A stretch of 64,000 nucleotides of DNA from an uncultured Gemmataceae bacterium (GCA_963750165.1 CAVVPN010000011.1:1952001-2016000), one strand, 5' to 3'. Positions 9,320-20,049 are shown, counted from the first letter of the stretch. Notes: generated by a model from the sequence alone, not told the origin. Program-made: numbers and translations.

Positions 9320-10264
9320 TCAGGGGAGCAAACCCAGCGCCCGCAGGTCGTCGCGCGGCTCGTCGAAGCTGCAACTGCCGAACGACACCGCGAACTGCTC
9401 GCGCGCCGCCTGAATCTGCTCGGTCGTTACCTGCAAGTCTTGCCAGCGGAAGCCGGCGTCGTCGAAGACGAAATGGCTGGCGTCCTCGTCCTCGATGATG
9501 GCCTGGATGTATTCCGCGTCCAGCTTGTGATAGAACGCCAGCACCGCGGCGCCGAAGACGTTGAGGAAGCCGTGCATCATCACGTTGAGGCCGGCGTCGC
9601 GGTGGCGGATGGGATGATGCAGGCCCGCGGTCGCCTTGAAGGGCTGAACCAGTTTGCGGCAAAGATAGAGGACCAGAGCCACCTGCTCTGGCGTCGGGAA
9701 TGCGCTCGCCTCCAGGCCGCCGCACCGCATTTTCAGGCCCCGTTTGAGGCCCTGCAATACGGTAGGCCCGGTCCTGTACCGTGCCGAGCCGGAAGCCGGT
9801 TCACAGAATACCTGAAGGATACCCGCCTCGCCGCCGTCAAGCAGTTGGTTCAGGGTATCGTGGAACTGTTCTCCTTGCTCCGGTTGTGAAACGGCGAGCA
9901 GCGCTTGCGGCAACTTCAACTCGTAGACGCCCACTTCAGCCCGGCCGGGATAACGTTGGCGGAACGCCTGGATCGCTGCCAGGTCCGCCCGTACCCCCTC
10001 CAGGAACTCGGGTACGGTGTTTCCGCCACCGCCGAGCGCCGAAAATGCCCACGGCGGCCCCTGCCCCAGCAGCTCGCCCGACGTCGCGCTCACCTCCGCC
10101 AGCCGCGCCGCCGGCACGATGAAGCGCCCCAGCATCCACGCGTCCGGCCCCTGCCGATACGCCGCGTAGTTGCGCAGCGCCTGCTCCAGCGGCAGCTTCG
10201 CCGGCGGGAACAGCCCCGCGTAATCGATCAGGCCCGTCATCAACGCTCGCACACTCGCCAGCAT
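9320..10264 (-). CDS. Conserved hypothetical enzyme co-oriented upstream of fahA
   Basis: LIDYAGLFPPA, LGRFIVP, KMRCGG, FKATAGLHHP, HGFLN, SFGSCSFDEP motifs; 21-nt gap to fahA. Confidence 0.8.
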   Translation of the reverse strand: MLASVRALMTGLIDYAGLFPPAKLPLEQALRNYAAYRQGPDAWMLGRFIVPAARLAEVSATSGELLGQGPPWAFSALGGGGNTVPEFLEGVRADLAAIQAFRQRYPGRAEVGVYELKLPQALLAVSQPEQGEQFHDTLNQLLDGGEAGILQVFCEPASGSARYRTGPTVLQGLKRGLKMRCGGLEASAFPTPEQVALVLYLCRKLVQPFKATAGLHHPIRHRDAGLNVMMHGFLNVFGAAVLAFYHKLDAEYIQAIIEDEDASHFVFDDAGFRWQDLQVTTEQIQAAREQFAVSFGSCSFDEPRDDLRALGLLP

Positions 10265-10395
10265 GGCGACACCTCGTTTCGCAGGAAGACGGCCGCGGCG
10301 GCGTGCTGTCCGCCGGGCCTGCTATGATGATAATACTCTCGAGGGCGGAGTACGCCAGCAGGGAATGGGTCCTGCCCGGCGGCCCGCCCCGGCCC

Positions 10396-12020
10396 TTGCT
10401 GGCGGTACGCTGTCCATGACTGACCCCCTCGACACGGCGTTTTCGGAGCAGCCGCTCCCGGCCACCGCGGTCCCGGCGCCGCCGCGGTCCACGTCCCAGT
10501 GGGGCCGCGTCCGCATCGTCGCCGCGTGGGTGGTCATCCTCGTCCTGGTCACGCTGATCGCGGTGGTTCAGTATCTGAGCGAGGGCCGGCGCGACCAGAT
10601 CACCCATGAGGACCAGGAGGGCAAGGATCCCGTCGGCCTGGTCAACGCGCAGCTGCAGGGGCGCTACCTGGTCGGCATGCGCACCTTCCTCGCCGGCAGC
10701 GGCGCCGCCGCGCAGAAAGAGGACGTGGAACGCCAGGTGGAAACGATCAACACCGGCCCCGTCGATCAGCGCCTGCGCTATGTGGTCCTGGTCGGCGAGC
10801 TGGTCGGCGCTCACCGGGCGGTCGAGGAGATCGACCGGTTGAAGCAGCGGATGGCCAAGCAGCAAGTCGAACCGACGCCAACCCAGACGCAGTTGCTGCA
10901 CATCCTCCACCGCCTGTACGCGGACTACGGTAACCTGCGCCTGGACGCCCCCGGCGTGACGGCGGCGGAGCGCGACCTGCTGCGCAAGGAACTGGGCTGG
11001 TTCGGCGACCTGGCACTGGCGCCGCACGGCCTGCCGGAGGCGGCGCCGCAGGCGTTGGCCGCGGCGGCGGGCGGCCCGGCGGCGGTGGTGGCAACGCAGG
11101 CCAAAACGCCCGACCCGAAGGCCCGTGAGGCGGCGCTGGCCCCGGCGACGCGCACCTTTCTGACTGCCTTTGGGGCGGTGGGGGTGGTGCTGCTGGCGAC
11201 GGGCGCTGGTTTCGTGCTGCTGATCGTGATGGGCATCCTGTGGCTGCGCGGCGGCATCTCGGGAGGTCTGTACCTGGGCACGCGCCGCGGCAGCGTTTAC
11301 GCGGAAACGTTCGCGCTGTGGCTGCTGCTGTTCATGGCGCTGCAGGTGGCGGTCGTCTTCGCCCCGGACGGCTGGCGGTTGCCGGCGGCGCTGGGGGCAG
11401 ACCTGCTGAGCCTGACGGCGCTGGGCTGGCCGGTGCTGCGCGGCGTGCCGTGGCGGCACCTGATCTACGAGGTCGGCCTGTTCCCGGGCAGGCAGCCGCC
11501 GCTGGAGCCGGTGTATGGCGTCGTGGGCTATCTGATGATGCTGCCGATCATCCTCGGCGTGGCGCTGGTGACCTTCGTCCTGATGGCGCTGCAAAAGTTT
11601 CTGGAAGGCGTCGGCAATCCGCACGACAGTTTTCAGCCGATCGGCGGCCCGTCGCACCCGGCGGTGGAGCTGGTGGTGTTCGGCGACGTGTGGCAGCGGA
11701 TACTGGTGTTCGTGCTCGCGGCGGTCATGGCGCCGCTCATCGAGGAGATCATGTTCCGCGGCGTCCTGTACCGCCATCTGCGCGAATTGAGCGCCGGCTG
11801 GCAGCGCTGGCTCAGTGTGGTGTTCAGCGCTGTGGTCATGAGCTTCCTGTTCGCGGTGATCCATCCGCAGGGCCTGGCGCTGGTGCCGGTGCTGATGACG
11901 CTGTCGTTCGCGCTGACGCTGGTGCGCGAGTGGCGCGTCACGCTGGTGCCGGGCATGGTCGCGCATGGGCTGCACAACGGCTTCATCTGCGCGTTCACGA
12001 TGCTGGCGATCGGCAGCTGA
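10396..12020 (+). CDS. CPBP (CAAX/Abi) intramembrane glutamic metalloprotease with large N-terminal extension
   Basis: EEIMFRG, FAVIH, HGLHN motifs; many TM segments. Confidence 0.9.
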
Positions 12021-12027
12021 CGGCTGC

Positions 12028-12049
12028 TTTCCGCCGCTTGCGGCAGAAA
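12028..12049. repeat. GCCGCTTGCGGC palindromic repeat (family B)
   Basis: tttccgccgcttgcggcagaaa between convergent genes; the same core occurs at 16407, 23408, 35921, 43069 and 43099. Confidence 0.75.
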
Positions 12050-12058
12050 ATCAGGGTT

Positions 12059-13044
12059 TCAGCCCTCCCCGCGCCGCACGCGCACCATCTGGCCGCGCCG
12101 CCGCACCCGCACCCGCCCCGGCAGATCGACCGCGACCCCCTCGCCCCGCGCCACCGCCGCCGCCCGCTCCCACGCCGCGAAGCTCATCGCCCCCTGCGGC
12201 CAACCCTCGCGCCGCCACAGCAACCGCAGCAGCTCGCGCAACCGGTGCCGCGGCGCCGCCTCCAGACAACGGCCGTCCAAAATAATCTCCGCGCCTGCCC
12301 GCGGCCGCTCCGCCGCTGCCAGCAGCGCCGCGGCCGCCGCCGTCTCGATCTGCTGCACCTCGGCTGCCTGTTCCGCGAGTGAGCACAGCACCGTGGTGAT
12401 CGCCGGATTGTAATGCGTCGCCAGGTGCGGCAGCAGTTCGTGCCGCAGACGATTGCGCGTGAAGCGCAGGTCCGCGTTCGAGCTGTCGTGCCGCACGTCC
12501 TGGCCCAGTTCCTGCAAATACGCCAGCACGTCCGCCCGCCGCACGCGCAGGAGCGGCCGTACCACCTCCACGCCCGGCGCCAGCGGCCGCCGTGCCGGGA
12601 TGCCGCACATTCCGCGCAAACCCGTGCCACGCAGCAGCCGATGGAGTACCGTTTCCGCCTGATCGTCTGCCGTGTGACCGGTCGCCACCCAGACCGCCCC
12701 TGCCTCCCGGGCCACCGCTGTCAGCCAGTCGTAGCGCCGCCGCCGCGCCGCCGCTTCGAGGTTGTCGCCAGCGGCGCGGGCCGCCACGTCGAGCCTTTCT
12801 ACCCGCAGCCGCAGCGCGGCCCCTGCGGCGCTGAGCCGGGCGCACAGGTCGCGCACGAACGCCTCATCAGCGTCGCTCTCGGAGCCGCGAAGTTGGTGGT
12901 TGAGGTGGGCGACGGTGAGCGGGACAGCGGGGCGGGCCACCACGATGGCGCGCAGCAGCGCGACGCTGTCGGGGCCGCCGGAAACGGCGACGACACCGGG
13001 ACCGTCCAGCCCGGCCAGGGCGCGGCCCACCGCCTCGGGCAGCG

Positions 13045-13048
<4 letters not shown>
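12059..13048 (-). CDS. tilS: tRNA(Ile)-lysidine synthetase, short form
   Basis: AVSGGPDS PP-loop, HLNHQLR, EAAARRRRY, ATGHTADDQAETVL, RPLL, DSSN, RNRLRH. Confidence 0.95.
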
Positions 13049-13848
<800 letters not shown>

Positions 13849-13889
13849 AGAATCCCCTTTCAGGCATTCTACTGGCGAAGGGGGCGGCG

Positions 13890-14942
13890 ATGCACTGGAT
13901 CGAGCTGTGGTGGCCGCTGCTGATGTGCCTGGCGCTGGCCGGGGCGGGCGCCGCGGTGTGTCTGCCGTTGTGGTTGGCGGTGCGGCCGCGGCGGCTGCTG
14001 CCGCGCTGGCGCCGCTGGCGCGCGCCCTGGAACGGCCTGGTCGTGGTGATCGTGATGCTGCTCAGCCAGCTGGTGGAGAGCGCCGTTTATCTGGTGCTGG
14101 TCATGGTCGGCGTGTTCCAGCCGCGCGCGGACGACACCACCGAACCGATGCCGCCGCTGGACCTGTTGCGGGCGAAGTTGCTGGCGCTGCCGGGTCAGGT
14201 GCTGCTGATCGTGTCCATTCTGTGGCTGGCGTGTGGGGCGCGGCCGGAACGGCTGGGGCTGACGTTGCGGCGGCCGGCGCGTAACGTCATCGCGGGCTAC
14301 CTGGTCTGGCTGGCGGTGACGCCGCCGCTGTTCGTGCTGTTTTTCGTGCTGCAACAGTTCATCTCGACGCCGCGGCACCCCATGCAAGAAGTGGACGTGA
14401 CGACGGCGTGGCCGCTGCTGTTGCTGGGAGTGGTGGTGGCGGCGCCGCTGGTGGAGGAGCTGGTCTTCCGCGGTGTGCTGCTGCCGTGGAGCCTGAACGC
14501 GCCGCCGGATCGGCAGTACCTGGTCGGCGTGGTCGCGCTGCTGCTGGCCTTCGCGCAGGGCTATAAAAAAGGCAGCGCCTTCAACCCAGCCCCGGCGGTG
14601 TTCATCGCGCTGCTGCTGCCGGGCTTCCTGCTGCTGCCCTACTTCACGCTGCGCTGCCGCCCGGAAGTGCCGCAGGACACGAGGGGGCTGCCGCTGCTTC
14701 AGGCGTGGTGGCGGCGGCTGGTCGAGTGCGCCGAGCAGCCGCGAACCCGGCCGCTGCTGGCGGTCTACGGCAACGGTCTGCTGTTCGGGGCGGTGCATAC
14801 ATTAATGTGGCCATCGCCGGTCCCGCTGGTGCTGCTGGGCTGGGCGCTGGCGTGGCTGGCCTACCGCACACAGAGCCTGGTCGGGCCGATCCTCGTGCAT
14901 GCGCTGTTCAACGGCGTGACCTTCCTGACGCTGGTGACGTAG
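13890..14942 (+). CDS. CPBP (CAAX/Abi) intramembrane metalloprotease
   Basis: EELVFRG, FGAVH, HALFN; multiple TM segments. Confidence 0.88.
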   Translation: MHWIELWWPLLMCLALAGAGAAVCLPLWLAVRPRRLLPRWRRWRAPWNGLVVVIVMLLSQLVESAVYLVLVMVGVFQPRADDTTEPMPPLDLLRAKLLALPGQVLLIVSILWLACGARPERLGLTLRRPARNVIAGYLVWLAVTPPLFVLFFVLQQFISTPRHPMQEVDVTTAWPLLLLGVVVAAPLVEELVFRGVLLPWSLNAPPDRQYLVGVVALLLAFAQGYKKGSAFNPAPAVFIALLLPGFLLLPYFTLRCRPEVPQDTRGLPLLQAWWRRLVECAEQPRTRPLLAVYGNGLLFGAVHTLMWPSPVPLVLLGWALAWLAYRTQSLVGPILVHALFNGVTFLTLVT

Positions 14943-14954
14943 CCGAGCCCCCTC

Positions 14955-15003
14955 TGACCCCGTTTACGTTTCGCGCGGCCAGCGCGAAACGTAAACGGGG
15001 TCA
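14955..15003. terminator. Perfect 22-bp stem with 5-nt loop between convergent genes
   Basis: tgaccccgtttacgtttcgcgc-ggcca-gcgcgaaacgtaaacggggtca. Confidence 0.75.
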
Positions 15004-15014
15004 AATGAGATCGC

Positions 15015-16382
15015 TCATTTGGCCCGTACCTTCGCCACCTGCTGCCGCACCGCCGCGATAATCAGTTCCTCCACGCGCGGCCCCCACACCGTCGGCTGGC
15101 CGTAATACACCATCGCGCCGCCGCCTTCGTAGCCGCCCTCCTTGAGCACACGCAGCGACGGGATGTACGCCATCACGTCGTTGCTGTAGCCTGCTACCCA
15201 CAGCGGCCGGCCGACTTCCTTCTTCAGACGCAGGGCGTAGTCCACCACCACCTCGCCGCCCAGCGCCACCCACGTCGGCCCGTTGCCCAGCTGCCACGCC
15301 TGCACTGGATACGGATAGCTGCCGCGCAGTTTCCCCGATTTGTTCAGCTCCGCGAGCAGATATTTCGCCCGCGCCGCCACGAATTTGTTTTTGTCCATTG
15401 AATCCTTGACCAGCGCCTCGCGCGTCGGCAGCTCCGCGAAGGGCAAGCCAATCTCCGTGTAAGCCGCTCGCAATTCTCCCTGGATCGGGTTTAGCTTGTG
15501 GTCCAGGACCGCTTGCACCACGTCGGCCAGTTCGTCGCCATACTTCTGCGCCAGGGCGACGGTGCGGCGCGGCAGCGGGTTCTGATCCCCGCCGCAGCCG
15601 GCCCAGAACAGCGCCACCGCCCCCGGAAATCGCTTCTCCAGCGCCGCCTGCGCGAAGCCGGGGTAGTCACCGGACCACTGGTAAAAGCTCAGCACCGTCG
15701 CGTGGCAGGCGTAGCCGAAGACGACCGCCCGCAGCTTGCCGCCGGGGTCGCGCACCGCCAGCACCGGTACGTCGTGGTCCACCGGCCCCTTGAGTTGGCC
15801 CGCCGCCTGCAACTTCGGCACCTCCGCCTCCTTGTTGTTGCGGCGGTTGACCGCGAAGGTGGCCTTGCTGACTCGCCACGCCAGGCTCGCCGGAGCCAGA
15901 TCCTTCAGCGCGTCGCCGACCACGCGCACCAGTTTCTTCGACAACATCTGGCCGTACTCCGCGACCAGCTGCCGCTGCGTCACGTCGAGGTTGTACATGG
16001 TTTGCAGGTTGCCGCGCACCACCGGCCCGGTGTGCGTGTGCGAGCAGTTCAGCAGCACCGCCTCGCGCGGCAGGCCGTACTGCTTCTTCAGCGCGGCGCA
16101 CACCTCGACGGACAGGCCGCGGTCAATGCCGACCAGGTCCATCGTCACGAGCACGACACGATGGCCGGCGGGGTCTTCGAGCACCAGCGCCTTGGCCCAC
16201 AGGTCGGTGAGCTTGCCCTCCGCGGGTTTCGTGCGGGCGCCGTAGCCGGACATCCACATCAACTTCGCCGGCGTAATGTTGATTTTGGCGACGCCGGCCT
16301 TCCACGGCTTGCCTTCCTGGGCCGCAGCGGGGACGGTCAGCCCCACGCTCAGAAGCAGTGCAACCATCAGTGTGCGCATCAT
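15015..16382 (-). CDS. Secreted neutral/alkaline ceramidase-family protein
   Basis: Signal peptide MMRTLMVALLLSVGLTVPAAA; WKAGVAKINITP, SHTHTGP, YACHATVL, GDYPG, GCGGDQNP. Confidence 0.85.
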   Translation of the reverse strand: MMRTLMVALLLSVGLTVPAAAQEGKPWKAGVAKINITPAKLMWMSGYGARTKPAEGKLTDLWAKALVLEDPAGHRVVLVTMDLVGIDRGLSVEVCAALKKQYGLPREAVLLNCSHTHTGPVVRGNLQTMYNLDVTQRQLVAEYGQMLSKKLVRVVGDALKDLAPASLAWRVSKATFAVNRRNNKEAEVPKLQAAGQLKGPVDHDVPVLAVRDPGGKLRAVVFGYACHATVLSFYQWSGDYPGFAQAALEKRFPGAVALFWAGCGGDQNPLPRRTVALAQKYGDELADVVQAVLDHKLNPIQGELRAAYTEIGLPFAELPTREALVKDSMDKNKFVAARAKYLLAELNKSGKLRGSYPYPVQAWQLGNGPTWVALGGEVVVDYALRLKKEVGRPLWVAGYSNDVMAYIPSLRVLKEGGYEGGGAMVYYGQPTVWGPRVEELIIAAVRQQVAKVRAK

Positions 16383-16406
16383 GGAATCGCTCCGAGTTTT
16401 TGGCTT

Positions 16407-16423
16407 GCCGCTTGCGGCGTAGC
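16407..16423. repeat. GCCGCTTGCGGC-GTAGC repeat (family B)
   Basis: Same core as the 12033, 23408 and 43069 copies; lies in a divergent promoter region. Confidence 0.65.
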
Positions 16424-16499
16424 GGCCGAACTTTTGATTGCTATCATAACCCGCGTCGCACCCGTGGAAGAAGAAAATCGCCCCACCGAGGACCGCACC

Positions 16500-17549
16500 A
16501 TGCTGCGTCTGTCTTCCGCTCTGCTGTTCCTGCCGCTGCTGCTCCCCAACGCCGCCCGCGAACCGGCCCAGCCGCCGGCGCCCGCGCCGCAGCCGCCGAA
16601 GCTGCTGCGCGTCGGCATCATCGGCCTGGACACGTCGCACGTCACCGCGTTCACCGCCCTGCTCAACAACCCCAAAAACGAGGGCGATCTGGCCGGCTTC
16701 AAAGTCGTCGCGGCCTTCCCCGGCGGCAGCCCGGACATCCCGGACAGCAAGAACCGCCTGGAAGGTTTCACGAACACGCTGCGCGACAAGTACGGCGTCA
16801 AGATCGTCGGCTCCATCGATGAACTGCTCAAGGAAGTGGACGTGGTGCTGCTGGAAAGCGTGGACGGCCGGACGCACCTGAAGCAGGTGATCCCGGTGTT
16901 CAAGGCCGGCAAACCGGTGTTCATCGACAAGCCGTTCGCCGGCTCGCTGGTGGACGCCATCCACATCGTCGATCTGGCGAAGCGTTACAAGGTGCCGTGC
17001 TTCTCCGCCTCGTCACTGCGCTTCAGCCCCGGCATCCAGGGCGTGCGCACCAACCCCAAGATCGGCGGCGTGATCGGCTGTGACGTGTGGGGGCCGTGTA
17101 CGCTGGAGAAGCACCACCCTGACCTGTACTGGTACGGCGTTCACGGCGTCGAGATGCTGTACACGGTCATGGGCCCCGGCTGCGAGATTGTGGCGCGGAC
17201 GCAGACGGTCGATACGGAATTCGTCGTCGGCACCTGGAAGGACGGCCGGGTCGGCACGTTCCGCGGCATCCGCAAGGGCAAGGCCGGGTACGGCGGCACG
17301 GTGTTCGGCGTCAAGGACATTCAGCCGATCGGCAAGTACGAGGGCTACAAGCCGCTGGTGGTGGAGATTTGCAAGTTCTTCCGCACGGGCCGGGCGCCGG
17401 TGAGCCTGGACGAAACGCTGGAGATGTTCGCGTTCATGGAGGCCGCCGACGTGAGCAAACGCACGGGCGGGGCGCCGGTGGCGCTGCAAGAGCAGGTGAT
17501 GGCAAACGCGCGGGCGGAACTGAAGCGGCGCCTGAAGGACGCGAAGTGA
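16500..17549 (+). CDS. Gfo/Idh/MocA family oxidoreductase with signal peptide
   Basis: LRVGIIGLDTSH, FIDKP, WYGVHGVE. Confidence 0.88.
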   Translation: MLRLSSALLFLPLLLPNAAREPAQPPAPAPQPPKLLRVGIIGLDTSHVTAFTALLNNPKNEGDLAGFKVVAAFPGGSPDIPDSKNRLEGFTNTLRDKYGVKIVGSIDELLKEVDVVLLESVDGRTHLKQVIPVFKAGKPVFIDKPFAGSLVDAIHIVDLAKRYKVPCFSASSLRFSPGIQGVRTNPKIGGVIGCDVWGPCTLEKHHPDLYWYGVHGVEMLYTVMGPGCEIVARTQTVDTEFVVGTWKDGRVGTFRGIRKGKAGYGGTVFGVKDIQPIGKYEGYKPLVVEICKFFRTGRAPVSLDETLEMFAFMEAADVSKRTGGAPVALQEQVMANARAELKRRLKDAK

Positions 17550-17556
17550 TTTCTCA

Positions 17557-17610
17557 TGGTGCAGGCGGGACGCCTGCGTTCCGGTTCCCCAGGCGGGACG
17601 CCTGCACCAC
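17557..17610. repeat. REP doublet (CAGGCGGGACGCCTG, family A)
   Basis: tggtgcaggcgggacgcctgc...caggcgggacgcctgcaccac between convergent genes. Confidence 0.8.
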
Positions 17611-17619
17611 GGGAAGAAT

Positions 17620-18525
17620 TCACTCCGCCAGCAGTTCGTGGGCGCGCAGCCACATCTCGCGGTGCAGGCCCGCCCGCTCCTCGCGCAGCCCCAGCGCCGC
17701 CGCCCGGTTGCGGGCCGTCTCAGCGCCGGCGCCCTCCGCGGTGCGGAAGTGCAGATACCACAGGCTGCCCGCCAGCGCCCCATCGCGGTCGTACACGAAC
17801 ACCGGCTGCCCTGCCGCGTCCGCGACCAGCTTGTTGAACTCATCCAATGTCTTGCGGCTCAGCTGCGGCGACACCTCCAGGCTGACGTAGACCATGCCGC
17901 GCTTCTCCACTTGCTTGCGGTCGGCGCTGTCGATCAGTCCCGGCTCGCGCAGGTGGATCACCGTGCGATAGCCGTTGTTTTTCAGCCAGTCGAGGCCGTC
18001 GTCCAGCATCGGCCGCAGACCGGCGCTGACGCGCTCATGGGCCATCGCGAATTGCGGAATGCCCACGGGCAGCACAGCCGGCCCGGCCGGCGGCTTGTAG
18101 GCGTTACTCTTCGGAGTGGCCGCGACCAGCTGCGGCGCGTTCGGGTCCTGTTTCAGCGGTTGCGGCGTGCCGAGCTGGATGGTTACCTCGCTGGGCTGCC
18201 ACCTGGCCTGGGGGCGCGGCGCCGTGTTAGAGCCGGACATCTGCGGGTTGACGGGAGCCGGTGGTGGCGGAGGCGGCGGCTGGAAGGTGCCACCGGACGG
18301 CAGCGGTTGCACCGTCGTCGGCCCCGTCGGCAGCGGTTGGGGTGGCGGGACCACCGGAACCTGGCCACCACCGGGCAGGAACACCCCGGAAGAAGGTGGG
18401 CCGAGTACCCCTGGCTGTGGGCCGGAGACGGGGCCACACGCGGGCCGCTGACAGGCGTGCTGACAGCCTCCCAGGGCCGCCAGGCACAGGGCCACCGCTG
18501 TCAGCCAGCAAAGCTTCGTGTTCAT
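17620..18525 (-). CDS. Putative lipoprotein: Pro-rich linker plus PTP/DUF442-like phosphatase fold lacking the catalytic CX5R
   Basis: Lipobox-like LAALGGC; GLRP...LDWLKNNGYRTVIHLR...E.RGMVYVSLEV; P-loop position reads VFVYDRDGALAG. Confidence 0.75.
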   Translation of the reverse strand: MNTKLCWLTAVALCLAALGGCQHACQRPACGPVSGPQPGVLGPPSSGVFLPGGGQVPVVPPPQPLPTGPTTVQPLPSGGTFQPPPPPPPAPVNPQMSGSNTAPRPQARWQPSEVTIQLGTPQPLKQDPNAPQLVAATPKSNAYKPPAGPAVLPVGIPQFAMAHERVSAGLRPMLDDGLDWLKNNGYRTVIHLREPGLIDSADRKQVEKRGMVYVSLEVSPQLSRKTLDEFNKLVADAAGQPVFVYDRDGALAGSLWYLHFRTAEGAGAETARNRAAALGLREERAGLHREMWLRAHELLAE

Positions 18526-18671
18526 GATGTCCCTCCCGCGTCGTGAGTCGCTCCCCCGCGGAATTGTACCCACGGACACCGCGGCCCAACGAGAGGGAAA
18601 GTCGCAGCTGCGCCGCGATTCGCCCGGAAAAACGACGGGTTGTTCCAGCTGGGAGGACTGTGCGCGGCGCT

Positions 18672-19184
18672 TCAACTGGAGCGGACGTGCTGCTCGGCCA
18701 TGACCGCCAGTTCGGTGAGCTTGGCGGCGGTCACGCCGATGCGCTCGAAGCACTCGGCGACGATGCTGTTGGTGGCGGTCAACAGACAGATGAGCAGGTC
18801 CATGGTCGTGGCCTGGCAGCGCTGGTGATCGACGGCCCGGCCGTACGCCTCGCGCATCAGGCGGATGACGTTGTCGGACAGGAATTCACGGCCGAGCAGC
18901 AGCACGGCATCGCACTCGCCCTGCTCCTGGTGGAACAATTCCTGGAACTGCCGCAGCAGATTGGGCAGGTCGGCGTTGAGGCGTTCGCCCCAGTTCCGGA
19001 CGCTGGCGTCGGGGGCGGCGAGCAGGCCCATGAAGACGTGCGGACTGCGAACGCTGTCCCACCGGGTAGCCCGCGCGAGCCGCAGCGACTCCTGCAGCGC
19101 CCGTCCGGATGCGTCGGTGAACAGTTCCAGGCGGAGGCCGCCGCCCGGATGAAAAATGTCGTCCGCGGGGGAGTCCGGTGTCAT
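18672..19184 (-). CDS. Stand-alone Clp protease N-terminal (double Clp-repeat) domain protein
   Basis: FTDASGRALQES...SPHVFMGLL and LSDNVIRLMREA...TMDLLICLL repeats; no AAA+ module. Confidence 0.75.
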   Translation of the reverse strand: MTPDSPADDIFHPGGGLRLELFTDASGRALQESLRLARATRWDSVRSPHVFMGLLAAPDASVRNWGERLNADLPNLLRQFQELFHQEQGECDAVLLLGREFLSDNVIRLMREAYGRAVDHQRCQATTMDLLICLLTATNSIVAECFERIGVTAAKLTELAVMAEQHVRSS

Positions 19185-19266
19185 CGAGCAAGTCCTTGGG
19201 TTACTGCCGAGGGGTCCTCCCCCAATTATGGCGGCGCGGCCGCGTTCACGCAAGCGGTGCGGTGCG

Positions 19267-19342
19267 GATGACAGGGTGAAGGGATGAGGGGGTGACAAAG
19301 CAGTTGCCTTTCACCCTCTCACCCCTTCACCCCTCACCTTCA
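19267..19342. repeat. Inverted array of degenerate 8-mers (GGTGA / TCACC)
   Basis: gatgacag ggtgaagg gatgaggg ggtgacaa ... tcaccctc tcacccct tcacccc tcacc; overlaps the scpA stop. Confidence 0.7.
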
Positions 19343-20046
19343 ACCGGTGCCACCCACAAGTCGCCGAACGCCTCCGGCTGCTCGACGTGGACGCGCCGCC
19401 CCTTGATTAGCTCCAGGATGGCCAGGAACAGCCCTAGCAGTCGGCCGCGCGTCCGCGGCGGCGTGAACAGCTCCGTCAGCGACAGCCGGGGTCGCGCCTG
19501 GAGTAGCTCCAGAATGCGCTCCATGTAAACGTGGATGGGCGTCTCATCCATGACGATCTGGCTCGGCTGCAGCGCCGCCGTCTCGCGCATGAGCCGGGCG
19601 AAGGCGCTCACCAGATCCCACAGCTCGACGCGGCGCAGCGGCTGCTGCGCGGGACCAGGCGTCGTCGGTGTCTCCACCGGTTGCCGGGCCAGCCGCGTCT
19701 GGTGCCGCTCGGCCTGGGCCTCCAGCAGCGTGGCGGCGTCCTTGTACTTCTTGTACTCGATCAGCTGTCGGACCAGTTCCTGACGCGGATCCTCTTCCGG
19801 CGCCCCGGCCTCCTCGGCACGCGGCAGCAGCAGCTTGCTCTTGATCTCCATCAATGTCGCGGCCATGACCAAAAACTCGCCGGCGTTCTCCACGTCGATC
19901 AGCTGGGCCGCGTTGAGATACACAAAATACTGCTCCGTAATGTGCGCAATTGGGATGTCGCAGATGTCCACCTCGTGCCGCTTGACGAGGTAGAGCAGCA
20001 GGTCCAGCGGGCCGCGGAAGGTGTCGAGTTCGACCTGGTAATCCAT
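19327..20046 (-). CDS. scpA: Segregation and condensation protein A (kleisin)
   Basis: FRGPLDLLLYLV, IPIAHITEQY, FLVMAATLMEIKSKLLLP, FLAILELIK, QPEAFGD. Confidence 0.95.
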   Translation of the reverse strand: MDYQVELDTFRGPLDLLLYLVKRHEVDICDIPIAHITEQYFVYLNAAQLIDVENAGEFLVMAATLMEIKSKLLLPRAEEAGAPEEDPRQELVRQLIEYKKYKDAATLLEAQAERHQTRLARQPVETPTTPGPAQQPLRRVELWDLVSAFARLMRETAALQPSQIVMDETPIHVYMERILELLQARPRLSLTELFTPPRTRGRLLGLFLAILELIKGRRVHVEQPEAFGDLWVAPVEGEG

Positions 20047-20049
20047 CTG

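Noticed and set aside
7979..9889. Long alternative ORFs, e.g. 7979..9889 +, 9936..11975 -, 37020..39308 +, 43386..45578 +, 52027..54630 +
   Set aside because: Antisense or off-frame shadows of well-supported genes in high-GC DNA; Arg/Ala/Pro-rich with no motifs
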